A DNA stretch of 63,911 bases, filler included, from Octopus bimaculoides (GCF_001194135.2; 7 parts of 7 records of this genome joined end to end with filler, not necessarily neighbours in it), one strand, 5' to 3'; shown: positions 24,354 to 36,612, counted from the whole stretch's first letter. The notes: generated by a model not told the origin, from the sequence alone. Numbers and translations: made by a program.

Positions 24354-25252
24354 TCTATACTATAAATTGCAGTGTTCTTGATTGCTTGATTGATTGAGTG
24401 TCGGCAGATTCACTCGAGAACGGTGCAGTGGAATCGCGTGAAATTCAGCACAGAGTGGCAGCATGGTCCACTCATGTTCAGGAGATTTTTATTGCCCTCC
24501 AACTCCCATGGTTACTGAGATAATCGATTATTACTTTTTAAGATAGGAATATCCCATTCAAAGTGAGGAGGGGTGATTTTGTTGCCTTTCCCATGCGCGA
24601 AATTTTACGAAAAACCAGCACAATAAAGGTTATTTTTTTCCAAGTAATGTGGCTGGGTTTGTTTTTCGAAAATTTTAATCAGAGGCACAGNNNNNNNNNN
24701 NNNNNNNNNNNNNNNNNNNNNNNNNNNNNNNNNNNNNNNNNNNNNNNNNNNNNNNNNNNNNNNNNNNNNNNNNNNNNNNNNNNNNNNNNNNNNNNNNNNN
24801 NNNNNNNNNNNNNNNNNNNNNNNNNNNNNNNNNNNTCCATATTGAGACAAACGGACTCGGCACAATTGTATCCATCCGGGAATGCGTTTTCAATAATTGA
24901 AATTCACAATTCTAATCAGTGTACATGAACATCCAACCTATGATTGATCTTGAACAGTTTCGATTAATATTCTTGTGTTGCCAATGCAACAACCACACTA
25001 CCATATATTTTTCTTTTAAGGCAAGGTTATACCACAAATAAGGTTCCGTGACTACATGGGGCTATGGGTACACACGTGAAGTTAGTTTTACAATATCGAC
25101 CCGCAAAATCCTTAGCATCGTATTGTTTTTGGGTTGTTCTTACTATTTTTTGTTTTTAGAATTTTAGTTTTTTATTATTCAAAATATACATAGGAAATAG
25201 CCTTCAACCAAATTCACCACACTACCCGAGTGAAACCGGGAAAAACAGCTAG
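24354..25252 (+). mobile_element. Complete non-autonomous Helitron
   Basis: Starts TC after A, ends CTAG before T, short cccgag..ccgg hairpin just upstream of the end; empty site preserved in the opposite arm. Confidence 0.85.
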
Positions 25253-25272
25253 TTATAAATGAATGAAAGAAC

Positions 25273-26040
25273 ATGTTTTTTGCTCGTTGGTGCTGCCCTG
25301 TACTTCATGTGTATTTTTTATTTATTTATAATCGAACGCTTTGTCCACAGTAAGTTCTTTCATTTATTTATAATTTCTGCCGACTCCACAGTTTTCTTTC
25401 TTTCTCTCCATCCCTCTATAATCTTCTTTATTTTCTGTTTCTCCCCGTTTCTTCCATTCCCTACTATCTATCATTCCTTCTCCCTTCTCCTCACTCCCTT
25501 GGTTTCTTCCTCTCTACCTGTTTGCTCAAGCATGACTACAGGCCATTTCTCTTACATCTTTCTTTCAGATGCAATATCCACCTAGCTGGATGTCATTTCT
25601 CTTGCCTCCTGACATTTTTTCTCTTCTATTTATTCTATATCCTTTCATAATTTCTCCCAGGTGTTACCCATTACAATGCACCTTGGCCTAACAGCCCTTA
25701 ATGTTTGTTTTCATCAATTGTTTACTTTGTAAGTCCACTCTGTTGCTGTTTGTTCATTCAAAGCCCTAACTCGCCACAAATTTTATATTTTAAATTTTTT
25801 TAGATGAATGCTGCAGTCTTATGAAGTTTTTCTATCATGTCATTGAAAGTTAGAAATAAGGAGTAATAAACAGTTGACAACTGAGGAGTTAGACTTCTTT
25901 TAATATTTTGTCCCGCACTTGTATCTCATCATGTGTTTCCGTATTTTTCACTTGTTGATGGCCTGTTCTTATTGTGTATTTTGTCCTGTACTTATGTGTT
26001 TTTCACTCATTGGTGATGCCCTGTACTTAATGTGTATTTT
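25273..26040 (-). repeat. Right arm of the inverted duplication (uninterrupted)
   Basis: Inverted homolog of the left arm. Confidence 0.85.
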
Positions 26041-26045
26041 ATGTA

Positions 26046-26097
<52 letters not shown>

Positions 26098-26279
26098 TAT
26101 ATATATAGTGTAGGGCAGACAGCAGAACTAATTATTTCCTTTATAAAAAGAAGTTTTTTGTTTGGTTTTATGTATCTTTTATTGTGTTTCACTAACAAAT
26201 ACGAGTATACTATGAAGTAGTTATGTAGACAATTACATCATCCTGTAATGCCAAATCATTAAAAGAAAGAAAATAATTT

Positions 26280-27371
26280 AATCCGGACTGGCTCATGTGC
26301 GGGCGACACATGAAATGTTTCAAGCGGGATCGTTGCCAGTGCCCCTGGACTGGCTCATGTGCGGGCGACACGTGATATCTTTCGAGCGAGACCGTTGCCA
26401 GTGCCCCTGGACTGGCTCTTGTGCGGGTGACACATGAAATGTTTCGAGCGGGATCGTTGCCAGTGCCCATAGACTGGCTCATGTGCGGGAGACACATGAA
26501 ATCTTTTGAGCGAGATCGTTGCCGGTGCCCCTGGGCCGGCTTGCGGGTGACACGAGGTTTTTCGAGCGAGGTCGTTGCCAGTGNNNNNNNNNNNNNNNNN
26601 NNNNNNNNNNNNNNNNNNNNNNNNNNNNNNNNNNNNNNNNNNNNNNNNNNNNNNNNNNNNNNNNNNNNNNNNNNNNNNNNNNNNNNNNNNNNNNNNNNNN
26701 NNNNNNNNNNNNNNNNNNNNNNNNNNNNNNNNNNNNNNNNNNNNNNNNNNNNNNNNNNNNNNNNNNNNNNNNNNNNNNNNNNNNNNNNNNNNNNNNNNNN
26801 NNNNNNNNNNNNNNNNNNNNNNNNNNNNNNNNNNNNNNNNNNNNNNNNNNNNNNNNNNNNNNNNNNNNNNNNNNNNNNNNNNNNNNNNNNNNNNNNNNNN
26901 NNNNNNNNNNNNNNNNNNNNNNNNNNNNNNNNNNNNATGTGCGGGCGACACATGAAATGTTTCAAGCGGGATCGTTGCCAGTGCCCCTGGACTGGCTCTT
27001 GTGCGGGTGACACATGAAATGTTTCGAGCGGGATCGTTGCCAGTGCCCATAGACTGGCTCATGTGCGGGAGACACATGAAATCTTTTGAGCGAGATCGTT
27101 GCCGGTGCCCCTGGACTGGCTCTTGTGTGGGTGGCACATAAAAGACACCATTTCGAGCGTGGCCGTTTTCGTGCGGGTGACACGTAAGAGCACCCATTAC
27201 ACTCTCTGAGTGGTTGGCATTAGGAAGGGCATCCAGCTGTAGAAACTCTGCCAAATTAAATTGGAGCCTGGTGTTGCCATCCGGTTTCACCAGTCCTCAG
27301 TCAAATCGTCCAACCCATGCTAGCATGGAAGGTGGACGTTAAACGATGATGATGATGATGATGATGATGAT
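26280..27371 (+). mobile_element. RTE LINE 3' UTR with expanded internal minisatellite and (GAT)n tail
   Basis: 27180-27371 is the reverse complement of 22982-23178; ends aacgatgatgatgat. Confidence 0.88.
26288..27135 (+). repeat. 62-bp tandem minisatellite
   Basis: Unit starts at 26288, 26350, 26412, 26474 (period 62); continues after the gap. Confidence 0.93.
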
Positions 27372-27558
27372 TGTTGGTTGCCAACATCTATAAGCAGAAT
27401 GAAACTGAGAACTGCATGTTTGCGTAATGTAACCCTCTCTCAACAGTGACATCTGCTTGCATACATAATCATATTTAGAGTAAAAATGAATGGAGAATGA
27501 CAAAGGAAAGAAACAAAGAGAGGGACAGAGATACATTAAGTAATTGAAATACACTTAC

Positions 27559-27737
27559 CTGGATGTAATAACTTGGCCTAAATATATGGAATCCTGGGCT
27601 TATAATGAAAGCAACAAGAACTGTATTTTCTTTGAAATTATAAAACTGATATTCTGTTGAAACCTCATAAAATTTTGTAATTATATTATGGTAGGGAAAA
27701 TTCTTTTCTGCTTTGAATAGAGCTCTCCGGAAATTAC
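27559..27737 (-). CDS. Gene 1 penultimate coding exon
   Basis: Acceptor ctttatttcag, donor CAG|GTAAGT, 179 nt, phase 1 to 0, stop-free (G)NFRRALFKAEKNFPYHNIITKFYEVSTEYQFYNFKENTVLVAFIISPGFHIFRPSYYIQ; in phase with 21963. Confidence 0.8.
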
Positions 27738-27849
27738 CTGAAATAAAGTTTAGAAATTGAAATTATATACAGAAAGAAAGAATAAATTATACTACAAGTA
27801 AAATAACTAAACATAAGCCATTTTCATTCAGATTCAGCATTTAAATAGA

Positions 27850-27968
27850 GAGGTGCAGGTGTGGCTAAGGCGTTTGCTTTGCAATCAAGTGGTCTTGGGT
27901 TCTGTCGCACTGCATATTATAAAGGACAAGTGTCTTCTACTATTAACTCAGGCTGATTAATGCTTTGC
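27850..27968 (+). mobile_element. Degenerate SINE family A head
   Basis: aggtgcaggtgtggct...ggacaagtgtcttctactat. Confidence 0.65.
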
Positions 27969-28068
27969 NNNNNNNNNNNNNNNNNNNNNNNNNNNNNNNN
28001 NNNNNNNNNNNNTTAATTAATTAANNNNNNNNNNNNNNNNNNNNNNNNNNNNNNNNNNNNNNNNNNNN
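27969..28068. other. Assembly join spacer
   Basis: 44 N + TTAATTAATTAA + 44 N. Confidence 0.97.
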
Positions 28069-28088
28069 AATAGAAATTTCACTATTCC

Positions 28089-28124
<36 letters not shown>

Positions 28125-28399
28125 GAGATGATAGCTTCACTTTTAATACTTTCATAATTAATAATATAACTATTAAAACTAAAAGTATAATCTCACATAC
28201 AATAGAGATGTTATTGTTTCACTTTTGACATGTAATACTGAAATAGTGCTAGAAATGAGAGATTGCTCCGGGCTCACATTAGGCAAGAAGTTGAAGGCTT
28301 TTTGGCTCATGACACTGCATAGACCCTAAGTAAGGCATGTTTAAAATTTGAATGATATCTGTTGGGTAGTTCTTGGATTTTAGTGGTGCACATATGCTG

Positions 28400-29436
28400 A
28401 CAGACAGCCACATTCTCAGTTGTATATACAGAGAGATGGAAGCCGGAGGGAAGATTCAAAACGAATACTAATATTTGCAAGTGGCGGAGCACTTCAACAG
28501 TTAAAACAGCACAAGTAATGGGCGGCAGATGTAACATTTATGTGCTGCTCTTATATATGCTTTCATTCATATATACTTAACGTATACATTCATAATTTTA
28601 ATGGCCAAAGATTTTTCGTATTGCTCTCTGTCAAAAGTCAAGGTACATATAATTGACTTGCCATAAGAAATTAATTAGTGCAGATTCAGGGATTCTGAAA
28701 AAGCAACCCATAACGGATTCTGGAATCGTTTCCTGGGTCCAATTTGGCATGATGCTTCTTTCATTTAGAACAAAATGTGTAGATGCATGTTGTGGAAGAA
28801 GGAGTAACATGCAGATATGAAAATGACAGTTTTTGTCTAAAAATATGTTCTTTTGTTGCCCTTGCCCTCATACCGGTTGATGATGTTGTAATTGGGTATG
28901 AAAATATTGTAGATGATGATATTCACAGTCAATTATATCCTTTATTAAAAATAATTATATAGGACCACATATAGGAAGAGAACAGAGGAGGTGACACATT
29001 GAACCTCCATTTCTATTACCTATATGGAATGTTTGGTATCGATGTATGACAGGGAATCCTCGTACTACAATTAGTTTAGAAGCTTACTACAGCTCTCTGA
29101 AAAACACAGTGAATATTAGTCACCCGAATGTTTGGAAACTTATTGAATTGATTAAATGTAAGGAAATGTTTGCCGGTACCAAATTGCAGTAGTTTACGTA
29201 AGGAGAAGAATCAAGCCAAACGAAAAAGGGTACATAGATTGAAGCTGCGTATAAAAAATATCATGGAAAAATATGATCCTAGCCAAAAAGCAATTGTACA
29301 CGACCTTAATTGTTAAGAAAATTAAATATATAATACAGCAAGCATTAACATAAACGTTTTTTTAATTCAGATATTCGTTCTTCCATTTTTTCCTATTATC
29401 TCGACAAATTGACTGACTACAAATTGACCGGGGACC
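28400..29436 (+). pseudogene. MULE (Mutator-like) transposase relic with one terminus
   Basis: RILIFASGG..WAADVTF; ALIPVDDVVIGYE; PPFLLPIWNVWYRCMTGNPRTTISLEAYYSSLKNTVNISHPNVWKLIE; ends caaattgaccgggaccc. Confidence 0.85.
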
Positions 29437-29734
29437 CATACAAATATAGTGCCGCTTTGTTCTGATGAACGAAACCAATTGGCCAATGGATTCACAATGA
29501 GATTGACATTGCGATGAATGATGTACGTCATCAAAACTCTATTGAACAAGCCAAAGAAATGAAATATCTATATGTGTGTGTATGAATATATNNNNNNNNN
29601 NNNNNNNNNNNNNNNNNNNNNNNNNNNNNNNNNNNNNNNNNNNNNNNNNNNNNNNNNNNNNNNNNNNNNNNNNNNNNNNNNNNNNNNNNNNNNNNNNNNN
29701 NNNNNNNNNNNNNNNNNNNNNNNNNNNNNATATA

Positions 29735-29766
<32 letters not shown>

Positions 29767-29789
29767 CACAAATCTGGCGGTTTATTTCA

Positions 29790-30020
29790 CATGTGATCTG
29801 AACGATTAGTTACGCTAGGTAAGTACTGTAACGGATTGCTGGAGATCCATGGTTAGAGCCAAGACGGTAGTTATGGAGTCATTGTATATTTCCGATGCAG
29901 CAAATATATAATTCGTAAACAGGATGTTAAACGTTAAGGCAAAGAAAATATTTCAAGTCATATACAATATTATTACAGGAAGAAGGTTCAAAATCTTACA
30001 GCTGTTTCTGGATATCCCCT
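29790..30020 (-). mobile_element. PLE-like terminal repeat fragment with the 3' half of a hammerhead
   Basis: Minus strand gatatcca GAAAC agct GTA agat, same motif as 4361-4385; 5' half replaced by microsatellite. Confidence 0.55.
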
Positions 30021-30024
30021 ACTG

Positions 30025-30094
30025 CCCCTGCTGCTGCTGCTGCAACTACTAATGCTGCTGCTACTACTACTATTACTAGTAATACTACCAATAT

Positions 30095-30130
<36 letters not shown>

Positions 30131-30145
30131 CACTACTACTACTAG

Positions 30146-30226
<81 letters not shown>

Positions 30227-30261
30227 TAATAATAACAACAACAATGATAATAATAATAATG

Positions 30262-30296
<35 letters not shown>

Positions 30297-30322
30297 AATA
30301 ATAAAAATACTAATAATAATAA
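30025..30322. repeat. Compound (CTG)/(CTA)/(TAA)n trinucleotide array
   Basis: Direct reading. Confidence 0.95.
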
Positions 30323-30426
30323 TGGTAACGCTCGCGTTGATATCTATGTTAGAAAGGATATCAATAATAGCTGCAATACCACGATGGATTCACGTAATAC
30401 CACCCTAGCCACTACCAGCACTACCA

Positions 30427-30427
<1 letters not shown>

Positions 30428-30486
<59 letters not shown>
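30428..30486. repeat. (CT)n microsatellite
   Basis: Direct reading. Confidence 0.95.
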
Positions 30487-30492
<6 letters not shown>

Positions 30493-30919
30493 TAACTACC
30501 GTTGAACTGACAACAGAGGAAACGATCTTGGCATTCTTTAAAGCACGAGAGGAGGTTTGTTTGTACTGCATCGATTGTTTCTTTGTATTTGGGTAATAAA
30601 ACCAACACTCGAACTAACCGAATCTGCCTCAAACAATATCCGATTTTGCTTAGGTGAGATTAGCCTGGTACTCTTTTGACCAGGTGTCAGAAAACGTGGC
30701 ACTGGCGAGCAGAAACCTTCGTCATGCCAAGTCTATTATACGGAATGCTCAGAACTCTCAGTCGAGATATTCTAATAGTATCGGTTGTTTGACTTAGAGA
30801 CTATCGCCAGTCATCCATCACCATGAGGGAAAAAAGATCAGATTCCTCCATGTTAGGAGTTGCACGACATCCAGAACTTGGATCATATGCAAAACAATAC
30901 CTTCCCCTCCTAATGTCAC

Positions 30920-31034
30920 CTGCCCTGTTTTGGATTTGCCATAATGTGGGAGAGTTATCCTCTAATGTAGAAAGCATGTTAAACCCTTTATTCTCCAGGT
31001 ATTTCGTAACGCCACGATGCCAGATTTTGTCCAT
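30920..31034 (-). CDS. Gene 1 putative first coding exon (exon probably starts at 31098)
   Basis: Acceptor ttgtttctttccag at 31099; ATG at 31034; MDKIWHRGVTKYLENKGFNMLSTLEDNSPTLWQIQNRA + G, donor CAG|GTGACA phase 1, compatible with 27737. The link crosses an assembly join. Confidence 0.5.
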
Positions 31035-32035
31035 TTTCAAGAGAAATCACTAGCAAGTACTAATGAAGTTTTCTTTGAACAGTCAGATATCAATTTACCT
31101 GGAAAGAAACAAATTAACAAGAAGGGTTGAAAATTAGCTGTGAAAAGTTTCACAATTCTAGCAACGCACATTCGTAGCCAACCAATGAACTTTTCAGCAG
31201 ACTATAGTATGACATGGCATGAAACTCAAATCCAGTTAAATATAAATCTACCTTTGCACTGAATCTCTTCCCAGTTTTTTGTTTAAAAATGTAACTTTTT
31301 AATGTATTAGTTTACAGAAAATACTTATGCTATGTTTTCTCAATAAAAGTATTTTACAAATATTATATTGCTGAGTTTTCTCATCGATTATTATTCATGT
31401 ATGTAGGTTATTATAGATTATGAAGGAAAACAATTCACAAATATACTGTATTTTGTAAAGGAAAATTATAATTTGCGAATATATGACACCATATTTTCGA
31501 AAAGAAACGTATTGTTCTTACAATAACTGAAACCTAAAACGGCCATAGTTCATGTCTAGTATTAGGTTAGAATCCACCGTTTATATTAAAACTTCCATAG
31601 TAAAATTTCAGCGATAAGGAACGACCTTTGGCAGTTATACATGACTCAGTGAAATCACCATTACAGTTGTCTAAGATAATGGGAGGAAGTAAATATCAAT
31701 TTGGTATTTCAGTTCTGATTAATAGTTACTCTCCAAATCTTAGAATTGAGTCATTTGCCACTCAGTTCTGTTATATTCTAAAATACAGTGCCAGGCCGAT
31801 GTATGTAATACAAAAAAGCCCTAGTGAATATTCGAGATAGTTTACTGTCTAACAAAATGCACGTAAATCAATTTAAATCACTTCGCGGAATATAAAACCA
31901 TAATTTATAGCTTCCATTTAGTTCCCTTTCTTTGTCATTGCTCTTTACAGAACGGAAATGATACATCGGAGAAAAACACGATTTTACACCGTTATTATTA
32001 CTATTAACATTTCGCGATTCTTCACAATTGATTAG

Positions 32036-32230
32036 TGGCGAAAGGTGGTGAGCTGACAGGATTATTAGTACGCCGGACAAAATGCTTAGCCTCATTTCGT
32101 CCGCCTTTATGTTCTAAGATCATATTCTGCTTAGGTGAAATTGCAATTCATCCTTTGTGTGTCGATAACATAAGCACCAGCAGAACACTGGGATCAATGT
32201 AATCAACATAACCCTCCTCTGGAAGTGCTG
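32036..32230 (+). mobile_element. Degenerate SINE family B
   Basis: aggtggtgagctgacaggattattagtacgccggacaaaatgcttagc matches the family B head. Confidence 0.7.
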
Positions 32231-34199
32231 CATTTAGGCCAAAATTTGATACGATTGTGGATATATCTTGGTGGATATATTTTGAACTATTCAGAAATTT
32301 TAGAAACCTTTTCCCGTTAATACAAGCCTCTTATTCAATATACTTGCTCAATACTACACTATTCAACTTTAGTTACAATTATTTCATCCATTTTAACCAT
32401 TGCGTATATAAAATTCTGTGTGCATATATGTGTTTGAATATGTGTGTCCAAACGATATGTCCACCTAATGGTGGATATATCTTGAACTATTGAATTGTGT
32501 GTAGAACACTGAGCGAAGGGAACACACAAAAATTGATGTGGATTTCTGTTGCATATGTACAACAAGGTATTTTATTGATAATTGAAAGTTATGATTTTTG
32601 GCTTAAATGGAGAATTAGCAGTCAAAATTCCTTCCAATTAGATAAATGTGTCACTCAATATTTAGATATGGAAAGAAATATGGGAAATAAGACAATGATG
32701 CAAACATAACATGTTGAAAAGACGATGTACATAAGTATTTCTTCTGAGGTATATACAAGAAATTGTGGTAACTATGGATAGGATTATGCTTGCTATATTT
32801 ACCAATAAATATTTGAAAGTATTTTAATATAAAGTATCTCTATTTACATTTAATTTAATGATATATTCAATCTTCGTTTATGCAGAGGTTTCCCATGATG
32901 TTGACGAAAACGCATTCATTTTTGCAGAACTTAATAAAAAAGAAATTACAAGGGAAGAAGAAAACAAAACAGGAGAAATTATAGAAACACGTATATATAT
33001 ATATAGTGATATAATATTTATGTGTGCGTCTGTGTATACAGGCAAAATAATACCTGCACACACATGCACAAATACTAACATATAAACATGCATATACATA
33101 TAAACGCGTACACACTGGCACACATATACAAACACATATATGCACACACAATCTTATATACGCAATGGATAAAATGGGTGAAATAATTGTAACTAAATTT
33201 GAATAGTGTGGCATTGAGCAAGTATATTGAATAAGGGGCTTGTATTAGAAGGTTTCCAAAATTGACAATGATGCAATATTAATCTGTTGTGAACAATATA
33301 CACAATATACACAATATACACAACCACACACGACACAAACCACATAACACGCACATTCAAAGACAACTGTATGTAACTGTATACATGTATATGTATATAT
33401 CTTTCATACATATACGATCGTGTTCGCTGTATAGATATGCGTATGTGTATGTATCATATTATATAATAAACACAATGTTTTTTTCTGTGCCACTATTAGT
33501 TTCATACCAAGAAAGCATGTCAAACAGTATTTTTCAACACGTCCAATGTATCAGCGCAATGTTCCAAGCTCTGCCCACATGTATTAACAAGCTGAAATAG
33601 GACAATAGCATGAGAGGAAAAGCGCGATAATATGAGAAAGAAGTAGATATAATAGGTGGTAGTTGAAAAAGAGGAAAACGTAAAAGAAAACAGGAAGAAA
33701 TGTGAAAAGATATAATTATAATGTGAAAAGATATAATTATATCTCCGTAGACCGTAAAATATAAGGCTGAAACGATAGTGGCCTCGGGCTTGCGGTACGG
33801 CAGATATTCTCCCACCTCTTAGCATCTTTCTTTTGTTTCTTACGTTATTCAGACAAGTTTTCATATAAATTTTATACAATATTTCTGAATATTGTATAAC
33901 ATTTACATGAAAACTAAATATATATTTTTCTATAACTGACGCCTAAATATATATGGAATTGCGAAGTAGTGGTCAGGAGAGAAAAAGTTCAGTATCAACA
34001 TGCGCAATATTAACTATAAGTGTAATATGACAGAAATCTCAGTTGTTGAGTATTTGTTTCGAGATGTTTCACAATAATTTATTTCTCCGATAACGGCAGA
34101 AAACGTTTAATAGATGAATGTAGTGGAGAATATTATCGAACGTAAATTAGTAGCTTCATTTAAACTGCTTTTTTTGTGGTATTTACAAATGCAGCTGCG

Positions 34200-35460
34200 A
34201 ACAATTGGAGTGGTATCACATTTTACAGCAATTACATTACAATCAAACGCGTTTTCAAAGTCATCGGAAGTATAATAATTTTTAGTAAGATGTCTGAGAA
34301 GGAAGTAATTTGGAATGTAATTTTTTTCAATAAAATCCATTTATTACAAAGTAATGAGAAGAATTTGTCATTCAAATTTTCAAAGTGACAGATATAATTG
34401 TAATGAAGAATTGCATATATTTTTTAGACACTCATTAACTAAAACTTGGCTGCGACAGAAATTATATATCTTCAGTAAATAACCATAAATCTAATATGAT
34501 TATTTACACTAATTTGTTTCAAGGTGTCAAATATTTTGTTCTTTGTTTGTTTTGATTTTTAATATTGTTCAGTATTCAAGCATCCCATTTTTTTACGAGT
34601 AATCAGAGGTTATTTCCTTAAAGAATGTCTGTTGTCATATTTAATAATAGTATTACCATAATTGGCAGAGAATATTATTAGATTCCAATATATATTTATT
34701 GCAAATTTTTCGTTGTTGATTGAGCGCAGATCTACGTGTCTTCTTTACGCATTTTGTTGTATGTGTTTTTTTGTTTGTTTGTTTTTTTTCTTGAATTCAA
34801 TGAGCTCAACTGAAAATATCAGTATTCCTAATCTCCACATTCTGCATAATTTGATGTAAACTCGTCAGATAGAGATGCATGGCAACTCATTAAATCAACT
34901 GATTGCAATTCCAAACTACGCGCGAGACATGCTTCTACCACCTTTTATGTCGATATTTCATAATCTTGCCATGATGTCTAATAAATGTTAGATTCAAATA
35001 TGCCATGCATTGTGATCAATTAGTATTTTTCAACTATATATATACTTTGTGTTCAACATTTTATATTCTGATTTATTATGGAGTTTTGGTTTTCCATAAC
35101 ACTGATCTCACATCTTGCACATGAACATGATAAAAATGTGCGACCTCAGATTAAAATCCTACGCTTCTCAGCGAATACTCTTGTTGGCATTGTTGATATG
35201 TTATTTTGAAATGGCAATTTCAGTTTAGTCTTTATCTACTGACTACCTTCTTCTTTGCTTCAATGTTATCTTCATTTCCGCCTTTTATCTAAAACTATGT
35301 TGTACAATAACTAATTTCTATATAAATTAAATGAGATTTTTTTTTTATCTTGTTCGTGTATTTTACCTGATGGTATCACACAGTGTAATCTAGAATCAGA
35401 GTTAATAGTGCAATATAATTTTCATTTGTACGTGAGACAAATAATCCATTTCAATCGCCT
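34200..35460 (+). pseudogene. Possible decayed leucine-rich-repeat gene
   Basis: LxxLxLxxNxL-like segments GITFYSNYITI, IEMHGNSLNQL, IKILRFSANTLVGI..LF, and NNPF, separated by stops. Confidence 0.3.
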
Positions 35461-36612
35461 TATGAGAATGTATTTTTAATGGTGTAATTATTTTCCTTGT
35501 TTTTCTTTTCTGTCCAGTGCGTTAATATACATAGCTTCTAGCTAAAGTGCATATTCATAGCATTCGGTTCTGACGTTCCATGTCAATTTCTGTCATGAAT
35601 CAATCTATTATGCCTATCATACATCAATTTTAGGTTTCAGTGATTCTGGTTTTATATTATCAGCAGTTGGTGTACTACGAATTCAACAAGTATCAGTTCA
35701 CAGTACAATAACATTTGTATTCAAGTTGGTTTAAAGGTGATACGTCCAAGCACACATGCTGTCGAAAGACGATGTTTCCTCGTAATATTTCACTTCAAAT
35801 ACAAATTGGTCTGAGTTTAGCATCCCTTTTGATTTTCTCGGGAGATTCACTTGCCATTTTTAATAACTGTAATTGAGGTCCCAGCTTACCAGCTTAGTTT
35901 GCTTTACTGATATAGTATGTCAATAAAACGGAGATTTTTGTCCGACTATCAAAAGCCTCGTCCGTTAACCATTTTGTTTATATATATACCCATTACTGTT
36001 TGTGATGACATGCTATTATTAAATTTTGCTGCTTTATTACTGATCGAAAATAAATTATGATACACCTCAATGATAATTCATTCCAAACATTTTCTCCCAA
36101 TTTTCTTTCAAAGTGCATCATTTTATGCAAAAATAAAGTACAAATCGACATACGTTTTGATATAATATTCTACTAATATCTTATATGCCACATATTACAG
36201 TTATAAACCCGTGGCGATAAAATATTATCTAGCAACACAAGGCAAAATCTAGGATTAACGTCAATTCATTGCTTCGTCTTTAACCATTGTATGTAAATAA
36301 TAACGAATTTCTGCAAACTTCAAAATATATTATGAGGTAATTTAGAAAGTATAGCAATAACAAGTTGACAGCGCGCGCTCCAGCTCAGATACACATTTAC
36401 ACTGACGAACTCACATACAAAAATACACACACGCGTACACACATATGTATCCATATATATAAGTATGTATGTATGTATAGATAGATAGATAGATAGATAG
36501 GTTTCTTTATTANNNNNNNNNNNNNNNNNNNNNNNNNNNNNNNNNNNNNNNNNNNNNNNNNNNNNNNNNNNNNNNNNNNNNNNNNNNNNNNNNNNNNNNN
36601 NNNNNNNNNNNN

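Larger units (their letters stand above)
22765..25272 (+). repeat. Left arm of a large inverted duplication, interrupted by RTE and Helitron insertions
   Basis: 22765-22981, 23843-24353 and 25253-25272 align by eye to the reverse complement of 25273-26040. Confidence 0.85.

Noticed and set aside
26288-27135. Regular repeats as a CRISPR array
   Set aside because: Head-to-tail tandem units with no unique spacers, in eukaryotic LINE context, with no cas genes.
32858-32990. Plus-strand EVSHDVDENAFIFAELNKKE.. as an exon
   Set aside because: Weak donor, low-complexity A-rich sequence, no partner exon.
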